64,000 nt of DNA, taken from assembly GCA_031376505.1 (NCBI GenBank), contig JANMDX010000170.1, forward strand, positions 3,163 to 67,162, given 5' to 3'. Each line of letters starts with the position of its first letter. The stretch's first letter is position 1. Of the stretch, positions 9,104 to 20,821 are shown piece after piece. The notes under the pieces were generated by a model that did not search any database, was not told the DNA's origin, and saw only the letters and a list, made by a program, of their open reading frames with translations. A program made the position numbers and the translations under genes. Origin of the DNA: Acidobacteriota bacterium. GTDB lineage: Bacteria > Acidobacteriota > Vicinamibacteria > Vicinamibacterales > UBA2999.

Positions 9104-9973
9104 TCAGGCCGTGGGCAAGCCAGCCAGAAAGTCGTCGATGCTGGCCTCGAACGCCATGCCCTGCTCGAGATTCGACAGGTGGCCCGCGCCCGAGATTCTC
9201 ACGAGCGACGCGTTGGGCATGGCGGCCACCATCGCCTCGGACTCGGCAGGCGGCGTGAGCACGTCTTCCTCGCCGACGATCACGAGCGTGGGCACGAGCA
9301 GCGATGGCAGGAGCGCCGTCGAATCGGGCCGTTCCATCATGCGCACCACGGCATCGCGGATGGCGTGCGGCGACTGGCGCTTGATGAGCAGCCGCACGGT
9401 CTCCTCGGCGTCGGGATTGTGCTCGCGCGTCGTGGCCCCGAGCAGGCGCGGCATCATCTCGCGCGCGACGCCTTGCGGGCCGTCGTGCTCGAGCACCGTC
9501 AGCATCGCCCGGCGCGCGGCGCGTCCTTCGAGCGTGTCGGCACCGGCGCGGGTGTCGGCCAGGATGAGCGCCCGCACGAGCGCAGGCGTACGCCGCATCA
9601 CCGCGAAGGCGACGTAGCCGCCGAGTGACAAGCCGCCGAGCACGACCGGCCCGCCGGCCACCTCGCGCACGAGCGCGGCGATATCCTCAGCGTAGTCGTC
9701 GATGGTCGGTTCCACGTCCTCAGCCCGTGGATCGGTCGAGCCGCCAAAGCCGCGGAGGTCGGGCGCCAGGATGCGCCAGCCGTGGAACGCACCGCGAAAC
9801 TGCGGTTCCCACATCTGCGCGCCGAGCGGAAACGCGTGCACCAGCACGAGCGCGGGCTTCCCTGTCGCGCCCGGGTCATTGTCCAGGTAGGCGAGCGTCC
9901 GAGAGCCGATCTGAAGATACTGGCGAACCACGAAGCTGATCTTACCGCACCGCCGAACTCGCCCCGGCAACAA
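9104..9973 (-). CDS. Alpha/beta-fold hydrolase
   Basis: Has 'LVLVHAFP', the nucleophile elbow 'GLSLGGYVA' (GxSxG) and a C-terminal 'GAGHLSNLEQ' histidine block. The exact start is uncertain, and the N-terminal 20 aa may not be translated. Confidence 0.82.
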   Translation of the reverse strand: MLPGRVRRCGKISFVVRQYLQIGSRTLAYLDNDPGATGKPALVLVHAFPLGAQMWEPQFRGAFHGWRILAPDLRGFGGSTDPRAEDVEPTIDDYAEDIAALVREVAGGPVVLGGLSLGGYVAFAVMRRTPALVRALILADTRAGADTLEGRAARRAMLTVLEHDGPQGVAREMMPRLLGATTREHNPDAEETVRLLIKRQSPHAIRDAVVRMMERPDSTALLPSLLVPTLVIVGEEDVLTPPAESEAMVAAMPNASLVRISGAGHLSNLEQGMAFEASIDDFLAGLPTA

Positions 9974-9988
9974 GGTGAGGCATATCAG

Positions 9989-11848
9989 CTAGCCCTGAAT
10001 CGCCTCCAGCACCGCCGGTCCCAGGTCGTCGGCCTTCTTCGCACCCACGCCGTAGACGTGGCGCAGCGCGTCGATGGTGGTGGGCTTCAGGCGCGCCAGT
10101 TCACGAAGCGTGGTGTCGTGGAAGATCACATACGGCGGGACTCCGCGGGCACGAGCCACCGTGAGACGCAACGCGCGCAACCGTTCGAAGAGGTCGCGGT
10201 CCACTCCTTCCCAGCCCTCGGTCTCGGCGCGCGGGCGTCGCACGGTGCGGGTCGGATCGGGACGCCGCTGACGCGCCAACGCCAGGTCGTGCGCGGCGCC
10301 CGCGTCCTTCAGCAGCTCCACGCCACCGTCGGTGAGCGCGAGCACCGGATACTGGTCGTCGGTCTGGCGTAGCAAGCCGAGCGCGAGCAGCTGGTCGATG
10401 TAGCCGCGGACTTCGTCGATACTCGCCGCCGACAGCAACCCAAAGGTCGTCAGCGTGTCGTGCCCGCGGGCCGTCACCTGCTCGGAGGCGGCGCCGCGAA
10501 GCACGTTGGTGACATGGGCGGCGCCGAAGCGCTGACCCACTCGAGCCACGCATGACAGGATCTTCCGCGCGGTCGTCACCGCGTCGGGCACCGTCTCGAG
10601 CTCGCCCAGGCAGAAATCGCACGCGCCGCAGTCGGCCTTGCCGTAGACCTCGGCAAAGTGCGCCAGCAGGTGCTTGTGGCGACAGCCCACGGCCGACGCG
10701 TAGCGCTCGATATCGCGCAGCAGCGTGCGGCGCTGGTCGGTCATCTCGCCGTTGCGCTCGAGCATCTGGCGCCACTTCAGGAAGTCAGCGCCCGACACGA
10801 TCAGCACGCACTCGGCCTCGAGCCCGTCGCGGCCGGCGCGACCCGATTCCTGCTGGTAATGCTCGAGGGACTGGGGAGCGCCGGCGTGAATCACGTACCG
10901 CACATCCGACCGGTCGATGCCCATGCCGAACGCCACCGTGGCGACGACGACGTCGGCGTTCTCGTCGAGAAAGGCGTCCTGGTGGCGATGCCGCTCGACG
11001 TCCGACAGACCGGCGTGATAGGGCACGGCGCGCAGGCCTTCGTCCTTCAGCCACGCGGCCAGCATGTCCACGTCCTTCCTCGACGTGCAGTAGACGATGC
11101 CGGCCTGGCCACGATGCCGCGCGAGCACGTCGAGGATCTGCTGCTTGAGCGCGCTGCGCGGCAGCACCCGGTACGTGAGATTGGGCCGGTCGAACGACCC
11201 CACGAGCTCGAGCGGCGCCTGCAGCCCGAGCTGGCTCACGATGTCCTTCCGCACGCGTGCGGTGGCCGTGGCCGTGTAGGCGTGCAGGCTGGCGCCCGGG
11301 AAGATCTCGCGCAGACGGCCGAGTTGGCGATACTCGGGCCGGAAGTCGTGGCCCCATTGGCTGATGCAGTGCGCCTCATCCACGGCCACGAACCGCACGG
11401 GCGTACCACCCGCCGCCACCCGAGCCAGGAATCCATCGGCGCCCTCGCCCACGATGCGCTCCGGCGATACGTAGAGCAGGCGGAAGCGCCCGTCGCGGAT
11501 CCCCGCCAGCACCTGCGATTTCTGATCCGACGACAGGCCACTGTTGTAACAGGCCGCCGACACGCCGTTGCCGACCAGTGTGTCGACCTGGTCTTTCATC
11601 AGCGAGATGAGCGGCGACACGACGAGCGCAAGCCCGTCGGTGACCAGCGCCGGGGCCTGAAAACAAATGGACTTGCCGGCGCCCGTGGGCATCACGACGA
11701 GCGAGTCCCGGCCAGCCAGAATCGCCTCCATCGCCTCTTGCTGCAGGGGACGAAACGCCGTGTACCCCCAATAGCGCTCGAGCACCGACACGAGCGACAC
11801 GGGCGTGGACGCAAGGGCGGAAGTGGACGGGACGACGGTCGCAGGCAT
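9989..11848 (-). CDS. recQ: ATP-dependent DNA helicase RecQ
   Basis: Shows 'VVMPTGAGKSICFQ', 'VAVDEAHCISQWGHDFRPEY', 'ATVAFGMGIDRSDVRYVIH' and 'QESGRAGRDG'. It also has the Zn-binding block 'CRHKHLL...CGACDFC' and a C-terminal HRDC-like segment 'LFERLRALRLTVARARGVPPYVIFHDTTLRELA'. Preferred start is ATG 11848 ('MPATVV'). Confidence 0.9.
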   Translation of the reverse strand: MPATVVPSTSALASTPVSLVSVLERYWGYTAFRPLQQEAMEAILAGRDSLVVMPTGAGKSICFQAPALVTDGLALVVSPLISLMKDQVDTLVGNGVSAACYNSGLSSDQKSQVLAGIRDGRFRLLYVSPERIVGEGADGFLARVAAGGTPVRFVAVDEAHCISQWGHDFRPEYRQLGRLREIFPGASLHAYTATATARVRKDIVSQLGLQAPLELVGSFDRPNLTYRVLPRSALKQQILDVLARHRGQAGIVYCTSRKDVDMLAAWLKDEGLRAVPYHAGLSDVERHRHQDAFLDENADVVVATVAFGMGIDRSDVRYVIHAGAPQSLEHYQQESGRAGRDGLEAECVLIVSGADFLKWRQMLERNGEMTDQRRTLLRDIERYASAVGCRHKHLLAHFAEVYGKADCGACDFCLGELETVPDAVTTARKILSCVARVGQRFGAAHVTNVLRGAASEQVTARGHDTLTTFGLLSAASIDEVRGYIDQLLALGLLRQTDDQYPVLALTDGGVELLKDAGAAHDLALARQRRPDPTRTVRRPRAETEGWEGVDRDLFERLRALRLTVARARGVPPYVIFHDTTLRELARLKPTTIDALRHVYGVGAKKADDLGPAVLEAIQG

Positions 11849-11906
11849 CGAGAGGGTCTGCACATGGTGACACAGTGGCGCCGTGGCCGCGAGCACGGAG
11901 GACGGC

Positions 11907-11912
11907 TATAAT
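11907..11912 (+). promoter_or_regulatory. Candidate -10 box (perfect TATAAT) for the 11927 gene
   Basis: A 'TATAAT' hexamer lies 14 nt upstream of GTG 11927 in an otherwise GC-rich divergent intergenic region. No good -35 is present ('TGGCCG'). This would imply a very short leader. Confidence 0.3.
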
Positions 11913-11926
11913 TCGCGTCCACAGCC

Positions 11927-12865
11927 GTGGAGACCGTTCTGTCCCGCCATCGCCGCTCGCTCGGGCCGGTTGGCCTGCTGGCGCTGCTGATCCTGCCGGT
12001 CGCGACCGGCCACGCGCAGCGCGGGGTGCTTCCTGGCGGCGACCTCGACAGCACGCTGGCCAGGGCCAGCGCCCGCGTCGAGGAGTACTTCGCTCGGGCC
12101 CAGAGCCTGGTCTGCACCGAGACAGTGCACGTCCAGCCCCTCAGCGCTGGCCTGACCGGCGACGGCTTCGGCCGCACGATCGAGTCCGAGCTGCGCCTCT
12201 CATGGGACGGCGGCGGTGAGGGCGAGACCGCTGGCGAGGCGCGCACGCGCCGCCAGGTCATGAAGGTGAACGGGCATCGGCCGCGTGCAAGAGACCGCGA
12301 CAACTGCACCGGCCCGGAACAGCACGACACCGAAACGCAGCCCCTGTCCATGCTGCTCGCCTCAGAACGCGCCGACTACGCGTTCTCCTGGGCGGGACTG
12401 GGCAGAGTCGACAAGCGCGACGCCCTCATGATCGACTTCAGACAAGTCGAGAAGGTGAAAGTCGATGTACGACTCCTCGAGGGCACCGAGGACTGCGTCA
12501 GCTACGATCTGACCGGCGGCATGCGGGGGCGGCTGTGGATCGACGCCGAGACGCACGATGTGCTGCGGCTCGATCAGCGGCTGGCCGGCCAGGTCGAGGT
12601 GCGGTTGCCTGAGGTACTGGCGCGCAGGCCGGGCGTGTCGCCCATCTGGACGCTGGAGCGCTGGGACAGCTCGATGCGCTTCAAGCGAGTCACCTTCGAC
12701 GAACCGCAGGAACTGCTCGTGCTGCCGGTGTCGACGACCACGCTGCGAGTGACGCAGGGCTCGGGCACGCCGCGACAGCGCACGACGACGACCTACTCCC
12801 GCTACAAGCGATTCCTCACGGGCGGGCGACTGGTGCCGGGTACACCGCCGCCGCCCGAACCGTAG
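11927..12865 (+). CDS. Exported hypothetical protein
   Basis: 312-aa ORF with a signal-like N-terminus 'LGPVGLLALLILPVATGHAQ'. I recognise no catalytic motif. Confidence 0.55.
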   Translation: METVLSRHRRSLGPVGLLALLILPVATGHAQRGVLPGGDLDSTLARASARVEEYFARAQSLVCTETVHVQPLSAGLTGDGFGRTIESELRLSWDGGGEGETAGEARTRRQVMKVNGHRPRARDRDNCTGPEQHDTETQPLSMLLASERADYAFSWAGLGRVDKRDALMIDFRQVEKVKVDVRLLEGTEDCVSYDLTGGMRGRLWIDAETHDVLRLDQRLAGQVEVRLPEVLARRPGVSPIWTLERWDSSMRFKRVTFDEPQELLVLPVSTTTLRVTQGSGTPRQRTTTTYSRYKRFLTGGRLVPGTPPPPEP

Positions 12866-13027
12866 CGGTCGTCGCAACGCCGGCCCCCGCCATTGTTCGA
12901 TGCGGCGCGGCTCAAGCCCTGGCGCATCCCGCCGATTCACGGGCTGCAGGAGTCGCATCCAGTGGCCAGTCCCCTTGCCCCGCAGACCGTCATCGCAGCC
13001 CCGCCGCCACACGGTGCGGCATCTGGC

Positions 13028-14914
13028 ATGTCGGCCGACCGGCCACCAGCGGCGTCAGTCGCCGAGCAGCTCGCGGCGCTGCTGGTCGCGGACGGCCAGC
13101 TGACACCGACCCAAGTCGCACTGGCGACGCGGGTGCACTCGAAGGTCCAGACGTCGCGCACCCTGTCGTCGGTACTGATCGAACTCAAGTTCGTCACCGA
13201 GGATCAGATTCGTGCGGCCCTGCGTTCCGGCAAGGTGGACGCGCCTCTGGGTGAGATGCTCGTGGAGCTCGGCCGGCTCGAGCCCCAGGAACTGAAGCTC
13301 GCGCTGGCGTTGCAGCACGAGCACCCCGACACCCCGATTGGCGAGATCCTCGTCGACCACCACTTCGTGAACGAATTCCAGGTCGTGGAGGTGCTGGCCG
13401 ATCAGCTCGGACTGTCGGCGGTGAAGGCCGACTCGGCCGCCTTCGACGCGCAGCTGCTGAGACGCGCGCCCGCCGCGGTCTACAAGACGAACCTCTTCGT
13501 GCCGGTGCGGCGCGAGGGCGATCGCGTGGTGGTGGTGTTTGCGGACCCCATGAACCGCCAGCACGTCGACATCGCCAAGCGGCACTTCGGTCAGGACCTG
13601 GTCGTGGCCATCGGCGGCCGGCGTGCGCTGGCCACGGCCGTGGCCAGGGCCGAACGCGAGGTCGCGGCGGCCGCCGTGGTCGTGCAGGGCGGCGAACGCG
13701 GCGCCGTGGCGCGCGTGAACCAGGTACTCGAGGACGCGCTGGCCAACCGCGTCAGCGATATCCACTTCGAGCCCGGCCGGGACCGCCTGCGCATCCGCTT
13801 CCGTCAGGACGGCGTGATGGTGCCGCACGGCGACGTGCCCAACGACGAGGCCGTCGCGATGATCGGCCGCATCAAGGTGATGGCCGGCGCCGACATCGCC
13901 GAACGCCGCCGTCACCAGGACGGCCGCATCCAGTTCGAGACCCCGCGGGGCACGGTCGACATCCGGGTGTCGATCTACGCCACGATTCACGGCGAGAAGG
14001 TCGTGATGCGGTTGCTCAACAACCGCGACACCTTGCTTGCGACCCGCGACATCGGCATGCTGCCGCGCATGCTGGAGGCCCTGCAGCGCGACGCGCTCGA
14101 TGCGCCGAGTGGCGTCGTCATGGTGACGGGTCCGACCGGCTCCGGCAAGACCACCACGCTCTACGCCGCAGTCAACTATCTGAACGACGCCAACACCAGC
14201 ATCATCACCGCCGAGGATCCCGTCGAGTACATGATCGACGGCATCTCGCAGTGCTCGATCAACCCGAAGATCAACGTCTCGTATGCCGAAACGCTCAAGC
14301 ACATCGTGCGGCAGGATCCCGACGTGATCGTGATCGGCGAGATTCGCGATCAATTCTCGGCCGAGGTGGCCATCAACGCCGCGCTCACCGGGCACAAAGT
14401 GCTCACGACGTTCCACACAGAAGACTCGATTGGCGGCCTCATCCGGCTGCTCAACATGAACATCGAGGCTTTCCTGATCTCATCGACCGTCGTCAGCGTG
14501 GTCGCACAGCGACTGGTGCGGCGCGTCTGTCCCCACTGCGCCGAGCCTCACGTGCTGAATCCCCAGGAGCTCTCGCGACTCGGCTACCATCCCGCCGAAG
14601 CCGCCGGGCTGACCTTCACGCGCGGGCGCGGGTGTCCCGCGTGCCGTCACGCCGGCTACAAGGGCCGTGTGGCTGTCTTCGAGATCCTCGTGCTCAACGA
14701 AATGGTGCGCGACGCGCTGCTGGCGCGCAAGACCGCCTATGAAATCCGCCGCGTGTGCATCGACGCCAGCGGCCTGGTCACGCTCATCGAGGACGGCATC
14801 GCGAAAGCCGCGGCGGGGCTCACGAGCTTCGACGAGATCATCCGACAGTTACCCCGATTGTCGCGCCCCCGACCCATTGGGGAGCTGCGACGCCTGCTTG
14901 GAGTGAACGAATGA
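13028..14914 (+). CDS. GspE/PilB-family secretion ATPase with MshEN-like N-terminal c-di-GMP-binding repeats
   Basis: Walker A is 'GPTGSGKTTTLY' and Walker B/Asp box is 'DPDVIVIGEIRD'. The tetracysteine block is 'CPHC...CPAC', and 'TGHKVLTTFHT' is also present. The N-terminal repeats 'PLGEMLVELGRLEPQELKLALALQ' and 'PIGEILVDHHFVNEFQVVEVLADQ' are separated by 6 residues. Preferred start is ATG 13028; the ORF track starts at 12893. Confidence 0.85.
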   Translation: MSADRPPAASVAEQLAALLVADGQLTPTQVALATRVHSKVQTSRTLSSVLIELKFVTEDQIRAALRSGKVDAPLGEMLVELGRLEPQELKLALALQHEHPDTPIGEILVDHHFVNEFQVVEVLADQLGLSAVKADSAAFDAQLLRRAPAAVYKTNLFVPVRREGDRVVVVFADPMNRQHVDIAKRHFGQDLVVAIGGRRALATAVARAEREVAAAAVVVQGGERGAVARVNQVLEDALANRVSDIHFEPGRDRLRIRFRQDGVMVPHGDVPNDEAVAMIGRIKVMAGADIAERRRHQDGRIQFETPRGTVDIRVSIYATIHGEKVVMRLLNNRDTLLATRDIGMLPRMLEALQRDALDAPSGVVMVTGPTGSGKTTTLYAAVNYLNDANTSIITAEDPVEYMIDGISQCSINPKINVSYAETLKHIVRQDPDVIVIGEIRDQFSAEVAINAALTGHKVLTTFHTEDSIGGLIRLLNMNIEAFLISSTVVSVVAQRLVRRVCPHCAEPHVLNPQELSRLGYHPAEAAGLTFTRGRGCPACRHAGYKGRVAVFEILVLNEMVRDALLARKTAYEIRRVCIDASGLVTLIEDGIAKAAAGLTSFDEIIRQLPRLSRPRPIGELRRLLGVNE

Positions 14915-15774
14915 GCGACGAACGATCCCTGCTGCAACAAGCCCTCGACTTCGCGGAGCAGCGGCAGATCACGCTGCCGGTCTTCAGTGACGTCGCGCTG
15001 AAGCTGCAGAAGGCGGTACGCGAAGAATGCTACGACATCACCGAGATCGAGAAAGCCATTGAGTCGGATCCCGCGCTGGTCGCCGAGGTGCTGCGGGCCG
15101 CCAACTCGGCTTTCTTCGGCGGGCTGACGGAAGTGTCGAGCATCCGCATGGCCGTGCTGCGACTGGGCTTGCAGCGCGTCACCAACCTCGTCTTCCTCGC
15201 CACCGAGAAGAGCCGTTACACGGCCCGCCAGCCCTACATCGTGGACCTGATGCGCGACCTGTGGCATCACGCGTCGGCATGTGCGATGGCGGCCGAGTGG
15301 ATCTCACGACGGGTGCGGTTTCCACACCTCGGTGAGACGGTGTTCATCGGCGGCCTCGTGCACGACATCGGCAAACTGTTCCTGCTCCGCGTGCTCGACG
15401 AGATGGCGCGCGAGCCTGCGCAGGGCGAGGCGGTGTCGCCGGCGCTCGTGCGCGAGGTGCTCGCCAACGCTCACGCCGACGTGGGCTACCGCCTGCTGCA
15501 GACGTGGCACCTGCCCGACATCTATCAGACGATCGTGCGGGACCACCACGTCGAGCATCCGGATCCGGCCAACGTGGCGTTGCAGATCGTGCGGCTGGCC
15601 AACCACGCCTGCACCAAGGTGGGCCTCAGTCTCGACCCCAATCCCGCGCTGGTGCTCGGTGCCTTGAGCGAAGCCACGACCCTCGGCATGACCGAGATTG
15701 CCATCGCCGAACTCGAGATCATTCTCGAAGACGTACAGGCGCAGAGCGCCACGGCGGCCCTCAAGGCCGGATGA
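14911..15774 (+). CDS. HDOD domain protein (degenerate HD-type signalling domain)
   Basis: The ATG at 14911 overlaps the ATPase stop (ATGA) and is in frame with track ORF 14755..15774. Sequence reads 'LPVFSDVALKLQKAV...IESDPALVAEVLRAANSAFFG...GGLVHDIGKLFLL'. Confidence 0.82.
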   Translation: MSDERSLLQQALDFAEQRQITLPVFSDVALKLQKAVREECYDITEIEKAIESDPALVAEVLRAANSAFFGGLTEVSSIRMAVLRLGLQRVTNLVFLATEKSRYTARQPYIVDLMRDLWHHASACAMAAEWISRRVRFPHLGETVFIGGLVHDIGKLFLLRVLDEMAREPAQGEAVSPALVREVLANAHADVGYRLLQTWHLPDIYQTIVRDHHVEHPDPANVALQIVRLANHACTKVGLSLDPNPALVLGALSEATTLGMTEIAIAELEIILEDVQAQSATAALKAG

Positions 15775-15779
15775 GGCGC

Positions 15780-16475
<696 letters not shown>

Positions 16476-16512
16476 CTGCGCATCATAGACCCGTGCGCGA
16501 TCGACCGCAGCG

Positions 16513-17226
16513 TCACTCTAGCGCCTGGTCTGACGCCACCTGCGGAATCTTGGCACTCTCGGCTGGCGTCTGCTGCAATCGCGCGTCCTCAAAGGATCGG
16601 AAGCTCGCCACCATGGCATGGAACTCCGCGATGTCCGACACCACCGCAAGGCCGGGAAGCACGTCGCCCGTGGCGCGATTCGGAATGTAGGCCGACAGCA
16701 CTCCGATGACTGCAATTCCGTCGTCGCCCACGGGCTTGAAGGCCGGCCCGCCACTGACGCCGTTGATGGCCACGCCATCCACCAGGTAGCGCTCGGTCCC
16801 CTTGTTGTACGAAGATACGCGCCCACTGAAGAAGCACAGCTCGCGGGTCACTGCAGGGAAGCCCAGCCAGCCGATTTCGACACCAACTTTGATGAAGTGT
16901 CCCTTGGAACTCAGCGGCAATGGTTCGGCCGGCAGGTCGAGATCCTGCGTGGGGAAAATCACCGCGGCCACATCCTTGTCCGGCTCGATCAACATCGCGC
17001 GGTTCGTGACGCGCACAATCGTGCTCTTGCCGGTGGCGGCGTTCTGCACGCGGATCGGCTCTTCCCAAAAATGAGCTTCGTTTACGACATGCGCCGCCGT
17101 GGCGATGACCGAGAAGCCCTTGGACGCCGAGTTGTAGAGAAGGAAACCGGTGCCGCTCGAGCGCGGCGTCATGATTCGCACGATCTGGAGGTGGACTTTC
17201 GAGACGACCGATGGCCAGGGCAACAT
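16513..17226 (-). CDS. Trypsin-like (S1/S1C-type) serine protease without signal peptide
   Basis: Candidate catalytic triad blocks are 'ATAAHVV' (His), 'DKDVAAVIF' (Asp) and 'NGVSGGPAF' (Ser). There is no hydrophobic leader and no PDZ domain. Confidence 0.72.
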   Translation of the reverse strand: MLPWPSVVSKVHLQIVRIMTPRSSGTGFLLYNSASKGFSVIATAAHVVNEAHFWEEPIRVQNAATGKSTIVRVTNRAMLIEPDKDVAAVIFPTQDLDLPAEPLPLSSKGHFIKVGVEIGWLGFPAVTRELCFFSGRVSSYNKGTERYLVDGVAINGVSGGPAFKPVGDDGIAVIGVLSAYIPNRATGDVLPGLAVVSDIAEFHAMVASFRSFEDARLQQTPAESAKIPQVASDQALE

Positions 17227-17403
17227 GGGGCAATATTCTACTCTCCGCGTGCCGGACGAAGACGCGTCTCGGCGAGCTCTAGGGTCTCAGTGCGAGGCCG
17301 AAGCCAGAGCGCGCCGGTGGCGCCGACGGAGCGCGTGCGGCGTGAGTGAGCACGGCTTGCAGCCGACATCCGCCCGTGACAGGAACCGCCGGGCGAGAGT
17401 AGA

Positions 17404-17520
17404 CCGTTGCCGCACTCTGTCAACGGCTGAGACGACAACGGGCGGGATGGATGCTCCACCCCGCCCGTGATGTCCATTCTCAGTGCCCGTCCCCTCGACC
17501 ATTTGTGCAGGGGGCAGGCA
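17404..17520. other. Three consecutive GC-rich hairpins in the 345-nt non-coding gap between nrdJ and the protease gene
   Basis: Hairpin 1 pairs 17404-17409 'ccgttg' with 17421-17426 'caacgg'. Hairpin 2 pairs 17438-17446 with 17460-17468 (9 bp, 'acgggcggg'/'cccgcccgt'). Hairpin 3 pairs 17484-17495 with 17509-17520 (12 positions, 1 mismatch, 1 G-U). None has a U-tract. Confidence 0.6.
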
Positions 17521-17571
17521 CGTCACAGCAGACCGGGTCAGTCCCCGGACCATGTGCGCTGGGGCCAGACC

Positions 17572-20430
<2,859 letters not shown>

Positions 20431-20646
20431 ACGTCCTCCGCCAAAATCTCAAGAGACAAGGCATCCACCCCCCGCGGGGGGACCTCGTCGTTACGTCCGT
20501 TCCGAATGGTGTCAGGTTGTTGCGCGCGTGTTACAGACGTTCCCGGTCGTGCACATCATTGCGTTGCTACTCTCGCTCGACGGACTGACCTATTACGAAG
20601 GCTGGGAGTCTTCGATGGGGGGCCAGACGCCTCGCGCGCGTCGCCA

Positions 20647-20675
20647 AATATGCGCGTGCAACCGCAGTTTGTCAA
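20647..20675 (-). promoter_or_regulatory. Candidate sigma70-type promoter for nrdJ (TTGACA-17-CATATT)
   Basis: The minus strand reads TTGACA (20675-20670), a 17-nt spacer, then CATATT (20652-20647). This predicts a leader of about 210 nt. Confidence 0.4.
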
Positions 20676-20684
20676 GCGTCGTAA

Positions 20685-20732
20685 CCACAACATGTAGCGC
20701 TATAAAATTAGGTCAGACGCAATATGTGCCGT
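20685..20732. promoter_or_regulatory. Two NrdR-box-like 16-mers upstream of nrdJ
   Basis: 'ccacaacatgtagcgc' (20685-20700) and 'acgcaatatgtgccgt' (20717-20732) each match about 11-12 of 16 positions of the NrdR consensus acaCwAtATaTwGtgt. Their centres are 32 bp apart, which is the spacing reported for tandem NrdR boxes. Confidence 0.4.
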
Positions 20733-20821
20733 ATTTTGGCCAAAATATTAATATTCGCCTTATTTTCGCTTTTACGGAGCCCCAACACAAGGAGAACGGC
20801 GCCGAGGGGGACCGCGCGAGG

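Noticed and set aside
12963-12979. Sigma54-like 'TGGCCAGTCCCCTTGCC' upstream of the GspE-like ATPase
   Set aside because: The GG and GC are separated by 11 nt instead of the required 10. Similar near-misses are rc 'TTGGCGTACCCTTGCG' at 61892-61906 (9-nt spacing) and TGGCAC at 49957-49962 (no GC at -12).
16513-17226. Impression that the protease gene is a low-GC horizontally acquired islet
   Set aside because: Hand counts of three 100-nt samples inside the gene gave 64, 57 and 67% GC. Samples from nrdJ and the kinase gene gave 64 and 68%. The difference is too small to support foreign origin without a proper sliding-window or codon-usage calculation.
20431-20650. Possible cobalamin riboswitch in the nrdJ leader
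   Set aside because: I could not find the B12-box or the conserved GGGAA/GCCACTG core elements on the minus strand. B12 riboswitches normally repress B12-independent RNRs rather than the B12-dependent nrdJ. The leader remains a feature of unknown function only.
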